A DNA stretch of 64,000 nt, taken from Podarcis filfolensis. Its lineage: Eukaryota. Where the stretch lies: NCBI GenBank assembly GCA_964270895.1, contig OZ185439.1; one strand, given 5' to 3'. Under the pieces are notes generated by a model. That model was not told the DNA's origin. It was given only the letters and a program-made list of their open reading frames with translations, and searched no databases. The translations under genes and the position numbers were made by a program. This document shows, piece by piece, positions 41,186 through 53,885 of this stretch (positions are counted from its first letter, which is position 1; each line of letters starts with the position of its first letter).

Positions 41186-42433
41186 AGCACCTCATACACT
41201 CCACACAAAATCTCAAAATAAAACATTACAGATGAAGGCTAAAAACAAAAATACAAAAAAGGACAACAAAATATTCCCTGAAAAGATAAAACAAAAACAC
41301 TGCAAATAAAAATATAATACAAAGATGTAACAGAAACTTCACATATACAGTACAATTAGCAACGAAGCAGAATAACCGAAATAGAAGCTGTGAATGTCCT
41401 TGAATTAAAAACCTAAAGGAAGCGCTGTTCCCAAATATATTCAGGATGACATTGTAGCTACCTTAAGGCCAAACAAGATGTTTCACATACAAAAATTAAA
41501 AATGTTCTGCTGATACTCCCCCAAAAGCACACACACACGTGTGGAAATCTGTGGGGAGGAGAGGACTGGCAGGGGACCAGTTTTGGGGAGGGGGGCACAA
41601 CCCTAGTGCTTTGCTTTTCTGTTCCTAATCTCCCCCTCCCAAAGCTAGTTTAAAAGGGGCTGTTTGAAGAAGGATCCACGTGCGTACATATAGTATCTAG
41701 TTTGGACCTTAGCTTGCCTTTTCAAGCTACATATTTTGACACTTTTGACAAGGCTTCATTTCTATTACTTCAGTCATTTACCCCCTCTACCTCATGGGGT
41801 CCCTAGCCAATCCAGGTTCAAAAGGTTACTGAAAGACAGTTATCTAATGTTTACATGAAATCCAAGTATGTTTGATCTTTTATACATTAATTCCTTTGCT
41901 TTCGCCTATTGATTTTGTATCATTTAAGAAAATCAATCGGGGCAGAATAGCTAAATCTGTTCTTCATGAACACACACTGTTTGCAAGTACACTGAACACA
42001 AGGAACACAGCACCTGGACCAGGCAGATTGTTTACATTAACCTTTTCCCCTCTTACCCACCTATTTTAAAGCCTATCTAACAAGATCAGTCAATTTTTGA
42101 ATCCAAGAGATTGATTTTGCCTAAGTAACCAACATGGTCATAAAATCCTAGACAGGTGCCATCAAAGAAACTTTAGATCAGGAATTCGCATTTCAGGTAT
42201 CCACTGTTAGTTCTGTTAATCAAAAGAGCAACAGCAATACAAAGAGGAAAAGGCAGAGTAAATCAACAAACACACACAATTACAAATTCGGTCCTCTCCT
42301 CTTGTAATCCAAAACTGCTTTATTACAAAACTTAGTCATTTTTACTCTATAAAGCAGTGTACAGGTAAGGGGAACCGAACCTGAAATGGATTCAAAGCTA
42401 TACAGCCATACTCTCCCTCATTAGGTCAGTCTA

Positions 42434-42640
<207 letters not shown>

Positions 42641-45229
42641 TTAACAGTACCCCTGATTGCCGCATGGGTTCATCTTAAACTGTAGTAAGCAGTATTGGCT
42701 TTATAAAAGGACCAGGATGCTACTTGAGAAGGTATTCCGAGCTTAACTTCCGGTTTCTTTATTGTACCTCTACCTGAATCAACATTTGGACAGTTTGCAG
42801 TGCAATCTTATACATGGTACAGGAGTTTACATGGAGCCAGTGGAGGTTGGTCTATTAGGGCAAATGGCACACTGCCTCAACTAGCCTCAGCCTGCCCTGC
42901 CCCTCCACTTGCATTCTTACTAAGAGTAAGTCCAGGGAGTGGGGCTGTGACTTTGCCTACTGTTGGATCTCCCTGCCTTCTGCAGTCTGACCACCAGTCA
43001 CAACTGCATGGAGCTCTTTATATTTACCACCCAGGCACTGAGCCCAACTAGCATCAACAATGCTACAGTTTCAGGTGCTCCCAAAATACAGATTGTAGTG
43101 TAACATCCCCTTGTTTCTAAGGGGAGGAAAAACAAAGGACCACTAGAAAAATGGAGAGCAACGTGGAACAGACACCTCTTTATTCCCAGAGGAGATGAGT
43201 GACCAGGTCCTTTAAATGGGACAAAGGCTATATTCTAACCCCAAATATCATTAAACACAACATCTAAAACACCATCATTACCAAGTAGACAGCAATCTGA
43301 TTTCACACAACTGTGTGAAGAACTGAAGCCCAGTGGCTTTGAGGTATTATTTGATTCAAAGTGCACCACATTATTTCCCTATTATTTTACTTGAGGAATT
43401 TTTGTTGGGCCTGCTGCATGGGATGCTGTTTTTGAAGCAGAGAAGAGTTTCATAAACAGTTTTTGAGGTAGCATGAGGGTTTGCTGTTGCAAGGAAAGGA
43501 AAAAACACCAACAACAGCAACAGCAAGAATCCTGCGGGGGAGGGGGTTATAAGCCAGAGCTTACCTCAATACCTCTTTGGGCCTCAGCTTGAAGCATGCA
43601 TTGTACTTTTTAGATGTGGCCCACAAACCGTGATGAGTACGGACATTCAGAGCACACTTCTCAACATGCACACAAACAGCTGGGGCTCTGTGTGATATAG
43701 GCCAGTAACTTCAAACAGTGAAAGCCACTTTTGAAAGTGCTGCCCTGAGGGATGCTTTTCTGACAAAGAAACTTAGCGTTATCTTACTAGTTTTTTCCTC
43801 TCTTAAAGACTCAGGGCCACAGTTCAGTTACAACACATGCTATTGAATTCTCTGCAACTCTATCTAAGTACTCGAATACGTCATTAATTGCTTTAGAATT
43901 ACCTCCCTGTTAAGCCTGGGACTTCCTAAATTTTTATAGAAGAGTGATTTAAGATTACTCCCTTTGATAAAACACTGGATTGTTTAAAATCACTCTCTTT
44001 GATTTTCCTGTGCTAAAGTAAAAAAAGAAAAGAAAAGAGTATTTATAGAATGTAATCCATGAATGGTTTAAGTTAACAGGGAAGCTATAAATACATAACA
44101 AGCTATGTCATGCAATCCTACAAGTCATCAAAAAGTTAAGACAAATACTAACTGAATTTCCTGTTCTATTAAAACAAATTGCTACATTTATCTGTAAATA
44201 TGTAAGCCTCTTATTGTTTTAAAGTACAGAGAAGTGATACCTCAGACTAGGGCAGGGGAACCTGTGGCCTTCCAAGTATCACTGGAGTCCAACTAGCATA
44301 TCTAATGGCCAGGAATGGTGAGAGCTCTAGTCCAACAGAATTTGGAGGGACCAAGTTCTCTACTTGTGCATTAGATAGATATTAAAGATGTTCTTAGAGT
44401 CACTGTGAAAATGCCTGGTAACTCGCAACAGCTGCCTCCTGAGTTGTTTTCGCTGTGTTAGCACTGCGAAGAGACCTCTCCGGGATGCAAGCCTGAGAAG
44501 TGGGTATGGAAGTTCTGAGCTGCCCCATGATTTAAAGGCTAAAATGGAGATCCTTGGCTTGCAGCATTTGAGACAGCACCCCAGGATCTAACTAATAGCT
44601 GTCAATGTTTCCCTTTTTAAAAGGGAAATTCCCTTATTCCGAATAGGATTCCTTGCAAGAAAAGGGAAAAGTTGACAGCTATGATCTAACTGAGTTGGAC
44701 AGAATGCCAAATGAAGACCAAATAAACACTTGTGCCCGGAAAAGGGCAACATCTAAGGTAAAGAGCAACAAAACTGATGCCAAAGAAAAAAGAATACTGC
44801 ATTTCTTCTTCTATTTGGGGTGCTATGTAATAGATATCATATTAGCTCAATATATAGCATATGGATGTTGACAGGAAAGCAAGGGCAATATGCCAGAGTG
44901 GTCTTAAGTGAAATGAGTTTTAATTAACCTGTGTAACGTTTCAGGAGTACAGGATGATCCACACATAGAACAAATGAGAATCCTGTCTTGGATGCAGGGC
45001 TTACAATGGGTATCTGTGCCACCCCTAGACGCCCCAACTGCCTTCTAGGGCTGCTGGCCAATTTGACCGAGAGGGAGCTATTTGGAAAGTGGTAGCGGGG
45101 GGGTTCACAGGTGTGGAAAGTAGCAGAGTAAAATGGAGGTAAAAGGGAGCAGACAGGTGCTTATGGCACTGAAATGCGTTGGAGTGGCTTTTGAGAAGTT
45201 ATGGCTTGAGGATTTAAGGAGAAATTTAA

Positions 45230-45325
45230 CCCAGCTCTTGCCTTGTGCATTTAGTATACCTGAAGAAGCCTCTCCAGCCACATTGTTCAGCCCAGACACT
45301 GAGGTCCAGTTCTGAGGGCCTTCTG
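45230..45325 (+). mobile_element. L2-clade LINE ORF2 C-terminal fragment
   Basis: Translates as VYLKKPLQPHCSAQTLRSSSEGLL, resembling L2 ORF2 (YLKERL..Y...R.LRSS...LL); abuts a cagggcc-starting element at 45328. Confidence 0.55.
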
Positions 45326-45807
45326 ACCAGGGCCATCTTAAGCATATCCGGCGCTGTACTGCAAAGATCCCTCTGGCGTCCCCTCCCCCCCCCCGTTTCC
45401 CAGAGTTGTCAACCTTTTTTAGGAAAGGTTCCCCAGAGTTGTTGACCCTTTTTGGGAGCTGACACCACACTTACATATTATCTCTAACCAGCCCTTAAAA
45501 CAAAATAAAATGAAAAGGCATAAGAAAATCTAATGACGTCCTCAATTCCAAAGCAAGACTCGCTCAAGACTCAGCAGTTCTTCTAATTCATCCTCATGAT
45601 TCAAATCACCACATATCAAAAAGTTAAAGCAATCACCAGTTTGTTGTTCTTTAAATAAATTAATAAAGACACAGACAATGAAGTTCCCGGCCAATTTGTG
45701 TTTAAGTACAAAGCCAACGTTTTCGAATATTGTGGGGTGGGGTGGGGGGGTGTAAAGCAGTGACATTTTGAACCTAAAAAGGACCCAAAACTTGGGTCAA
45801 AAAGGCT

Positions 45808-45892
45808 GCAGCCCTAACTGCACTTACCTGAGAGTAAGCCCTGCTGAATCAAATAGGATCTTACTTCTGAGTAGACAGTAGGACTGCAGCAA
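45808..45892. mobile_element. Small palindromic MITE
   Basis: Inverted arms gcagccct...cttacctgagagtaag / cttacttctgagtag...aggactgc around a central spacer. Confidence 0.55.
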
Positions 45893-46374
45893 GAAACACA
45901 GTTGGGAATTAGGGCTTTCTGTTTTAAGTCTCAACCAGAGGAAAATGTAATATTGGAGATTAGGGAGAAAGGAATATGAATAGATTGAGGGGAGGGGGCT
46001 GACAAGAGACAAAAAACCACAGGTAGCAAGACAAGACACACTTTCTGGGAAGCAAGTCTCACACATAGTTGCTTGGGGCGAGGACTGCAGAGGGACCACA
46101 GTTGGGTTGTGCGTGTGTTTTTCAGAAAAAAGGAGAATTGGAAGGGACCCTGCGGGTCATCTAGCCCAACCCCCTGCAATGCTTTTTAGCTTGCATTGAT
46201 CTCAAAAAGCTTCAGTGCCTGTTTTTTTAGTTGGATAGGCAATTAACAGGCTTGTTTCACAAATAAGGGAGAAGGAGGGTTGCTGGCTTGGTTTGCCTTT
46301 GTTCTAGTTTTTAGCATGTGCTTAGTACCCTAGTTTCAGGCTGTGAGCCACCCTGATATCTATGGGTGGAGGGC

Positions 46375-46410
<36 letters not shown>
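46375..46410 (+). repeat. (AGT)12 microsatellite
   Basis: Directly visible. Confidence 0.95.
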
Positions 46411-46411
<1 letters not shown>

Positions 46412-46594
46412 ATGGTGATTATATTTTTCGCAAGGCTTGGAGTGGGTGATGGCCAGCTGCTGGAATGAATGGGGTCGCTGCTAAATGGTCTGGCTTGCTT
46501 TACAACCTCTAGAGACCTTGTTGGTGGGAGTGGGGTGGGTGGAGAAGGAGCCCACCCCTGAAGAAGAAGAAGAGCGAAGGGAGGCTTCCCTTCC

Positions 46595-46773
46595 CCCGCG
46601 TCTGCGCATGTGCGGGTTGAGATTCGCCACTTCTGCGCATGCGCGTGGCGTCATTCTGAGCGTCTGCGCATGCGGCGAAACCTGGAAGTAACCCTTTCCG
46701 GTACTTCCGGGTCGCCACGGGATGCAACCTGAAAAAATTTAACCTGAGGGAAACGTAACAAGAGGTATGACTG
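46595..46773. mobile_element. Truncated Tigger-like MITE, CpG-rich, with three NRF1-like motifs
   Basis: Right terminus gtaacaagaggtatgactg resembles the TIR of the 25077-25293 MITE; no left TIR found; three tctgcgcatg motifs and acttccgg. Confidence 0.65.
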
Positions 46774-48720
46774 TGATGCATCTTCCAGCCTTGTATCCAG
46801 ATGGAAGTGCAACTGTGTCACAGTATGCATGGCCGAGTGCTGAGATGATTTGGATAAGTGAAAGAAGCTTGCCCTAAGCAGATAACCAGGATAAAAGGGG
46901 GGAGGGGTCACATAAAACTGTAAGGCTTACAATCCAGAGCTGAATGGCTATGCTTTGTCCCGACTAACCTTTCTTCCTGGTTGAATAAAGCTCTCCGACT
47001 GTACTTTGACTCTGGTGCACAGTCTCCAGGATTGAAAATATCACTTAATGACAGCCTCGCCTTGTTACTGTCAAAGGCAGAATGGGGAAGCAAATCAGAG
47101 GATAATTGAAGCTAGATTCCCTACCAGGACAATGGCTTCAGACTGTGGCTGCCAGTTTATACACTGTGTATCACTTCCTATGTTCCTCAATAATTTGTAA
47201 TCAGAGCTTAGTTCCTTAGGAAAGCAGGAAACATTTACTAGCAACAATACAGTTAGGGTCAGTGCCTGCTTCTTGAAACCATAAAATGCCAAGCACCAAA
47301 GGCAGTTATCTCAAATTTTATTGCCCAATTAAATAAGTGATTTTAAGCAAGGCAAGGGAAATATAACCTTCTTTCCTATAGCAGGTTTGAGAGCGCCGAT
47401 GACCTAAGCTTTTTAAACAATGCCAAGCCCCTGCATTGATTTTTTTTTTAAAAAAGACTAAAGATAAACATTAGTGGGAAATGTGACTAAAATATTTAAG
47501 AAAGATTTCTCCCTCTTACTTTCCAGCTTAGAGCAACTGGATGAAGTCAATTACTTCAACTTGACAGAAACAAAACTTTGGAACGGGAGCAATAGGAGAA
47601 CAGGATGTGCCAGTAATTGCTTTTCAGTACAGAGCATGAACTGATTGCAGCCCCCAAAACCATGCAACACAACGTTAAGACCCCCAGCCCCAACAGTATG
47701 ATTAAAATAGCTGACCTCTTGCCACACCTTCCCTGCAAACACAGATATACAAGCTCTAGTTATACCAATCTTTAAAAAATATAAATGATAGTTTGAAGGC
47801 TTTCATGCCTGTAAATACTGTATCAAAACCTAAGCCCAGGGGTTAGAATTGGGGGGGGGGGAGCAAATGAATAGTTTCAAATGATATATAAAGTGCACCA
47901 TGGTTGCTCCTGTAGCAAATGCTTCATTGATAACACAAAGGACCAAAAACAAATTACTTCATCTTCTAAGTAGAAATGCTTAAATCAGGTAGCAATTTAA
48001 AAAGGTAGGAAGCCACTCTTTCTTCTATCACCTTTGTTTATATTGTGAAACCATGCATCTTGCTTCTGCAACCATCATTTTAGACCACATTTGTCTGGGA
48101 CATGAATCAAAGAAAGTGCAGCATTTTAGAAAGTAAAACAATGAGAGATGATAAACTACATGTTTTTGTATGTACAGAAAGCAAATCAGAGAAAGGGCCA
48201 GAGGAATAAAAGCCTACCATTCTATTCAACGGGAACTAAGTGCCAATAAAGAAGGGTGTGTACAATAGGAAGGAAACCGAATCCAATTTTCTGACCAGAA
48301 TATCAACAAGGTGCCCCAGAATTGTTTTCAAAATTAAGATTGTCTGTTTTCTCTTTCCAAAGCTTTCAAATATCAAGCCAGTTGTCAGAAGCATTGTTCA
48401 ATAAATATTTTCTGGCTTTTTCAGCTCTCTGTGGAGTTTAGCCAATGTTTCAGTGGAGAGCTTTTAAGGAAAGGAGCGGGGGGAGGGCTTTCTATGTACA
48501 CTGAGATCTCAAAACTACTCCATCCCACTCACAAGCTGCACAGCTTGTTGCACCCAGCTCAATGTATAAAGTGCTTTTGTTGCATTTTTAAAAAATACAC
48601 AAAGCCTGCTTGTCCTCTTTTGCAGCTCCTCCCCATTGCCACCCACTTGTATCCGATTCCAATGGCACCCCTGCCAAGAGAATTAGGGAGGACTCCCTGG
48701 TAAATGGCAGCCTTTGTGTG

Positions 48721-49680
48721 AAGGCAAGACGGCTGGTACTATCTCACCGAAACAAAAGCAGAAGAAGCCATTTGCCTAATTCTTATTAATCTCACTTGCC
48801 TACGCCACACAGCTTCATCTTCGTTGCCGTCTTCTTCTTTTTAAAAAAGTGAAAAGGATTTAAACATCTTCTCCAGCAGTATATAAAAAGTGCATCAAGA
48901 AGCAAGCCAAGCGTTGCCTTGAATTACTCGCTTGTAACAAAAGTCGCTGCAGTTCTTAAAAGTCAATGGCACACTTTATTAAACAAACAGGAAAGAAAAA
49001 CAGGAAATTTCCCCTTGCCTTGAAAACGTTGCCTCCACATTCTTCATCTTATTAAAAAATGCACATGGTAGAGAGGAGGAGGAGGAGGAGGAGGAGTAGA
49101 AGGAGGAGAAATAAAAGCATAAGAGAGGGAAAGGGAGGGGGAGAAAAAGTATAAGATACTACACTACTGTTCGGTGTGCCGACTCTCCTCTCGCCTACAA
49201 GGGGGTATCTTCAAACAAGCATCCCCACGGCCACAGCTGCAAAGTCTCGAGACAAATGTCTCTTTGAACACGGGAAGCAAAAGAAAAGGCTTTTGTCCTG
49301 CTACAGAAGAATAGTCTGAAATTGCTAGAGGAGTTATAGTCACCTCTCTACGGCTCCCAACTCTTTCGAACACTCCCTCCAGACCTTGCTGCTGCTTTTA
49401 ACTAATCAAAGTTTGTCGTCCCCCCTCCCAACTCCCCCGGCAGCCCTTGAATGAAATTACGTGTGTGCCGGTCAAAATAATAACAGCAAGTAAACTTTAC
49501 ACTGTGCACTCTGAATTGTTTGTACATGTCACCCTCTCCCTTCCCCCAAATAACTGACTTGTACATTTGCCTCACTTTCCTAGTTATCTCAAAAACATAT
49601 TTAATCTGTGCCACGCCCCGTTATTTCACAACTTAAAGTGAAACGTGATCTGTTAACGTAGGCTATGTATTTGGGTGTAT
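48721..49680 (-). promoter_or_regulatory. Candidate internal promoter / alternative first exon of CTBP2 (CpG-retaining island)
   Basis: Manual count of about 25 CpG in 960 bp versus about 4 and 2 in the flanking 960-bp windows; no recognisable TE; KLF/SP box gccacgcccc 49610-49619; minus-strand donors TCG|GTGAGA (48747) and CAA|GTGAGA (48795). Confidence 0.5.
49073..49096 (+). repeat. (GAG)8 repeat
   Basis: Directly visible. Confidence 0.9.
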
Positions 49681-50829
49681 GCCTTTGGCTGCAGCAGAAA
49701 CAGCAGCCACCAACAGGAGTTTAGATAGATGCCCCCCACCCTTCAGGCCACACACAAAGGCTTTGCCAGACACCTGCTGCCACTCATGTGACATATTTTG
49801 CAAGTAACCACACAGATGCTCAAGTTAGCAGGACTAACATGCCAGCTAAGTATCTAGGAACAGGGACTGGGTCTAGTACTGCAACATCAGTATCTGTCTG
49901 CTGGGACTGAGCTATAAGGGGAACCAACAGTGTCCAATACATTTTCACAGTTTTAAAAAGTAAGTTGTGGAGAGTTGTTGAGGAAACCATAAGGCTTTAT
50001 CCAGATGGCCATAAGTTAAGAGGCTAAACCTGAAGGGCAGGAAGAAATCTGGGGGAGAAAAATACTACACTGTATGGGATCTTGCACAATGATATCCAAG
50101 CACTCTCTTAATAAGAATTAAGCAAAACATACTCATAATTTTTAAAAGATATTATGGAATTCATAGAGGTGAGATGAAACGGTTAAAAATAATGGGAAAG
50201 GTTTATGTTCCACAAAACTTAGTGACTAACCCAGAGGTTTGAAAGTGGTTCTGATACCTCCACATAAAGACAGTCAGTGGTCTTGGATGAAGAATCTGTC
50301 TTACAGAAGAAGCCACTTTCATGTAAGGCATGTGAAAAGCCACATGTGAAATGGAATGGGCAGGTGCTGAGAGTCTGCTCTTACTTGAACCAGACTAGAA
50401 GGGAAAATTACAAAGGATGCAAGAAAGGTATCAGAATACAAGCTGGATTGTCAATACACTGCAAACACTTATGCATAACCTTCCACTGAAAGCAACTGTA
50501 ATTCTAAGTGGTTAGCTTTAACTGGCTTGTGCCTAAATGTACAGATAACTATGCCATCTGCTGTGATGTAAATGAATTTTGAAGTTTAAAATTGCTTACA
50601 TCTGTAGTGTCTTTAAATGCCACGTTGCCTATAGTACAGTCTGTAAATGTGTCTAGATTATGCAATCAGGTGTTGCTGGAAGGATTTCAGTTGCTAAGTC
50701 CCAATGATGTGCACAAGGCACCTGGAAGAGTTTGGTCAACCCACCTACCTGCTCATCTAGTATGGCAGGGCTGACCACCAGACTCCAGGAGTAACCATTT
50801 CTGAAGAGCTTGAAGGAGACCTCTGCTAA

Positions 50830-51275
50830 GGAAGATTGTTCTATCAGCTGGTCAATCACTAATATATCCTTCTTGGACAAGGTGCCTAAGTAGATAGGAA
50901 CTCTGAGATAACACATAATCTGGATTCCTATCAGTACAGCTTCAGAACTAGGTTTAGCATGGACTGGGTTTGGTCACTAGATAACCTTTGCCAGAAGAAT
51001 GACTCTGCTGGTTTTCCTGGCTCTCCCAGCAGCCTTTGTAACCACTTATCACAGTATCCTGCACAGTATCCTTGTGGAGTGGCTATCTGGGATGGGGAAC
51101 AGGCATTCTGTGCTCCAGTGGTTCCACTCCTCATTGGCCTGCTGTTTCCAGGATTTGTGATGGAAGTCTACTGCCGCCATAGCCATTATATTACAGTGCA
51201 CCACAGGGCTCTTATTTTGTCTCCAACACTATTTAACATTTACACAAAACTGTTGAGTGATGTCATGAATATCAT
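50830..51275 (+). mobile_element. Decayed L2-clade LINE reverse transcriptase fragment
   Basis: Degenerate RT motifs across frames: LDSYQYSFR, TLLVFLALPAAFVT, LQWFHS, ILSPTLFNIYTKLLSDV. Confidence 0.7.
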
Positions 51276-52194
51276 CCGGGGTGTACAAAATATTTGGACA
51301 AATCCTGAATCTAAGTGGGGCTGTCGCAGACAGATCAGAAGCTTGCCTGATTAAAAACAGGTCACACCAATCTAAAGAGAGGACATCTGAAGCACTTTTG
51401 AGGTGCTCTGCAGATTCCAGTGTTTTTTTAAAAAACTGAGCAGACCACATGTCTGCAAAATTTGAAACACTTCGCCCCAAGTATGTAATATAAGAATAAT
51501 GTTGGGGTGGGGAGAGGAAGAGCTCTTTTGTGACTAATCAGAGGGAATAATTTTGCCAAGACTTTGGGGAAAGGATGTTGAGGTACTGTGCCACTTTGCT
51601 ACTTCTGTTTCTAGAAAATGTTGGGCATCCTCATCATTCTGCCTCAGTGCCCCATGCCCACAGATCCATTCCTGTGGAATCAGCTTTGCACTTTGTTCTT
51701 GTGACATTTTGTGCCAAATGAAAAGAACACAAGACTGAAGCTGTCTCCCCCCCCCAAACATTCATCCCCCCTGCCATACCTGCACTTTACCTTCCTAGAG
51801 GTAATGCATGCTTATTTTCATAATGAAATTGCTGTCCACAAAACCAAAGGAAGAGAAGCAAATCCCTTTTAGTTCAACCCCAATAAGAACTTAAAGGAGC
51901 CTAGTATCAAAATCCCTGCCCATTTGTCTACAATTAGGCAGGTTTTTTATCTGGGGGTACTTCTCTCATGTATGCTATTTTCAAACGAAACACCATAAAA
52001 CAATAGGGAAGATTAAGTGAATCTTAAAAAGAAAAGAAAAGAAAAATCCCCAAACTGTAAAGACAGCCCCTTTGAAGCTAAATCAGACAGTTTCAGACAA
52101 AAATCTTGCTCTTTTCTGAAGTGAGGTCCAAGCAAAATCTTGTAGTCAATGGATTATCAGTCTGCTGATGACACTCAGTTCATGGAGGGACCAT

Positions 52195-52575
52195 AACTCC
52201 ATGTGCTTTACATGAAGATAGGCCCATGCTCAATCCTGGGGTCTCTAGTTAAAAGGATTGGGAAACAAACAATGGGGGATACCTTTCTGCCTGGGACCCT
52301 GGATGATTGCTACTAGCTGGAGAAGACACCACCAGGCTAATTGGTCAAATAGTTTGGTATAAGGCAGCTTCATATGTTCTCTCTTTATTCTTTTGGGGGA
52401 GGGGCTATGGCCTGGAGGAAAAGTGCATTGTTTTCATGCAAAAGCTTGCAGGTTCAGTACCTGGCATTTCCAGTAGCACTGGAAAAGGCTCCTGTCCAAA
52501 ACCCTGGAGAGGTGTTGCTTCCAGAGTAGTAGATTCTGTGCTAACTGAGTATCAGGCATCTTTTTATGTTCCTGC
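52195..52575 (+). mobile_element. Two adjacent decayed Squam3-like SINEs (about 52195-52380 and 52401-52575)
   Basis: Each has a tRNA-like head remnant and a tail (taaggcagcttcatatgttc; tcaggcatctttttatgttcct). Confidence 0.55.
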
Positions 52576-53029
52576 TTCTCATCAAATTCAGGTAAAGCTG
52601 TAGAGATGCTGACCCTGTGTCTGGAATCAGTAATATGCTGAACTAAGACCAAAAAACTGTATCAGGGTCAGTACTGAGAAGCTTGAGTCATCTTGAATTG
52701 CTGGAGCAATAGAAATACTTCATACTTGTATACAATGTTATTTTTCTAGAAAAAGAGGTACCAGAATCCACCATGAATGAGTCCCTTGTTGTCTTATAAT
52801 GGCATTGTTGCCCACCTGAGAGGAGTTCCAGTTGAAAAAAGCTCTGCTTGTATACATATTTGTATCTGTATCTGCACTCATACAAGCTGTTATGTATATA
52901 TCAACGTCTGGAACTGTACTGCTGAAGTCATATTTTCTGCAACAGTAAACTATTTGGACCTTAAGCTGCCTCTGTGTGGTGACTGAAACTGGGGGCAACT
53001 TTCGCTACGTGGGTATCCCACCTCAGATT

Positions 53030-53885
53030 CCCAACATAAACTGAAGCTCAATCCAGGCAAGGTGGATATGTTGTTGGTGGGTTGTTCTGACTTGAGTTAC
53101 AGTGTCCAACCTGTTCTGAACAGGTATGTACTACCTCTGAAAGACCTGCTTTGCAGTTTTGATATGCTATCAGATTCAGCGTTGACATTAATTGCTCAAG
53201 CACTTTATGTACATCAGCTTAAGCTGGAACATTGACAGTGACCCTCCTGGACAGAGATGGCCTCTCTCCACAGTGGCACAGTCTCTTGTAATATCCCTTT
53301 CGGATGACATGTCTTGCACATGGAGTTGTCACTGAAAGAACTTTGGAAACTGGATTTGGTGTAAAACACAGTGGCTAGATTGCCAAATGAGTTTGGGAAT
53401 ATGGGATACATGACACCAGTTTTTAAAGAGCAACACAAGTTCCCAATCCCTTCCAAGAACAATTCAACATGCAGCTTGTAACATGGGAAGTTGTACAGCT
53501 TCATCTTCCCACTTGAACCTGAATTTATATTATGATACAGTAATTTCCCCAGATGTCCTGTAGAAATAAGGTGGGTAACAACTAAGGGTTATTTGGTTTT
53601 TGGTTATGGAGCCTTTTTGGTTATGGAACCGTTATCCTGGAACTTTCTCCCTAGAAATGATGCTCTCCATTTTGGCACTGGGTGAAAACTTTCCTATCTG
53701 CCCCTGCCTTGTCAGGTTTTTAAAATACTTCCTGAGCTTTATTTTTAATGCAGAATTGTTATTTGTTTTGCTTTTAATGCCTTAATGGTTTTGGTATTGT
53801 TATTTTATTGGACATTGCTTTGGGATCCCTTCTGGGAAAATGAGCAGAGTAATAAAATGTTAAAGTAAATAAATAAACAAGCAAA
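53030..53885 (+). mobile_element. Decayed L2-clade LINE, post-RT region plus 3' end
   Basis: Degenerate NKLKLNP, LDRDGLSTVAQSLVIS and ARL...TPVLK motifs, then a T-rich 3' UTR and an A-rich tail (aaataaataaac). Confidence 0.65.

Noticed and set aside
40827-41309. 160-aa plus-strand ORF
   Set aside because: Overlaps a probable repeat and an A-rich tract; no recognisable domain or splice context.
49164-49373. 69-aa minus-strand ORF as an alternative CtBP2 N-terminus
   Set aside because: GTG start with an in-frame TAA shortly upstream, ends in a stop, and has no convincing phase-1 donor to join exon 42606.
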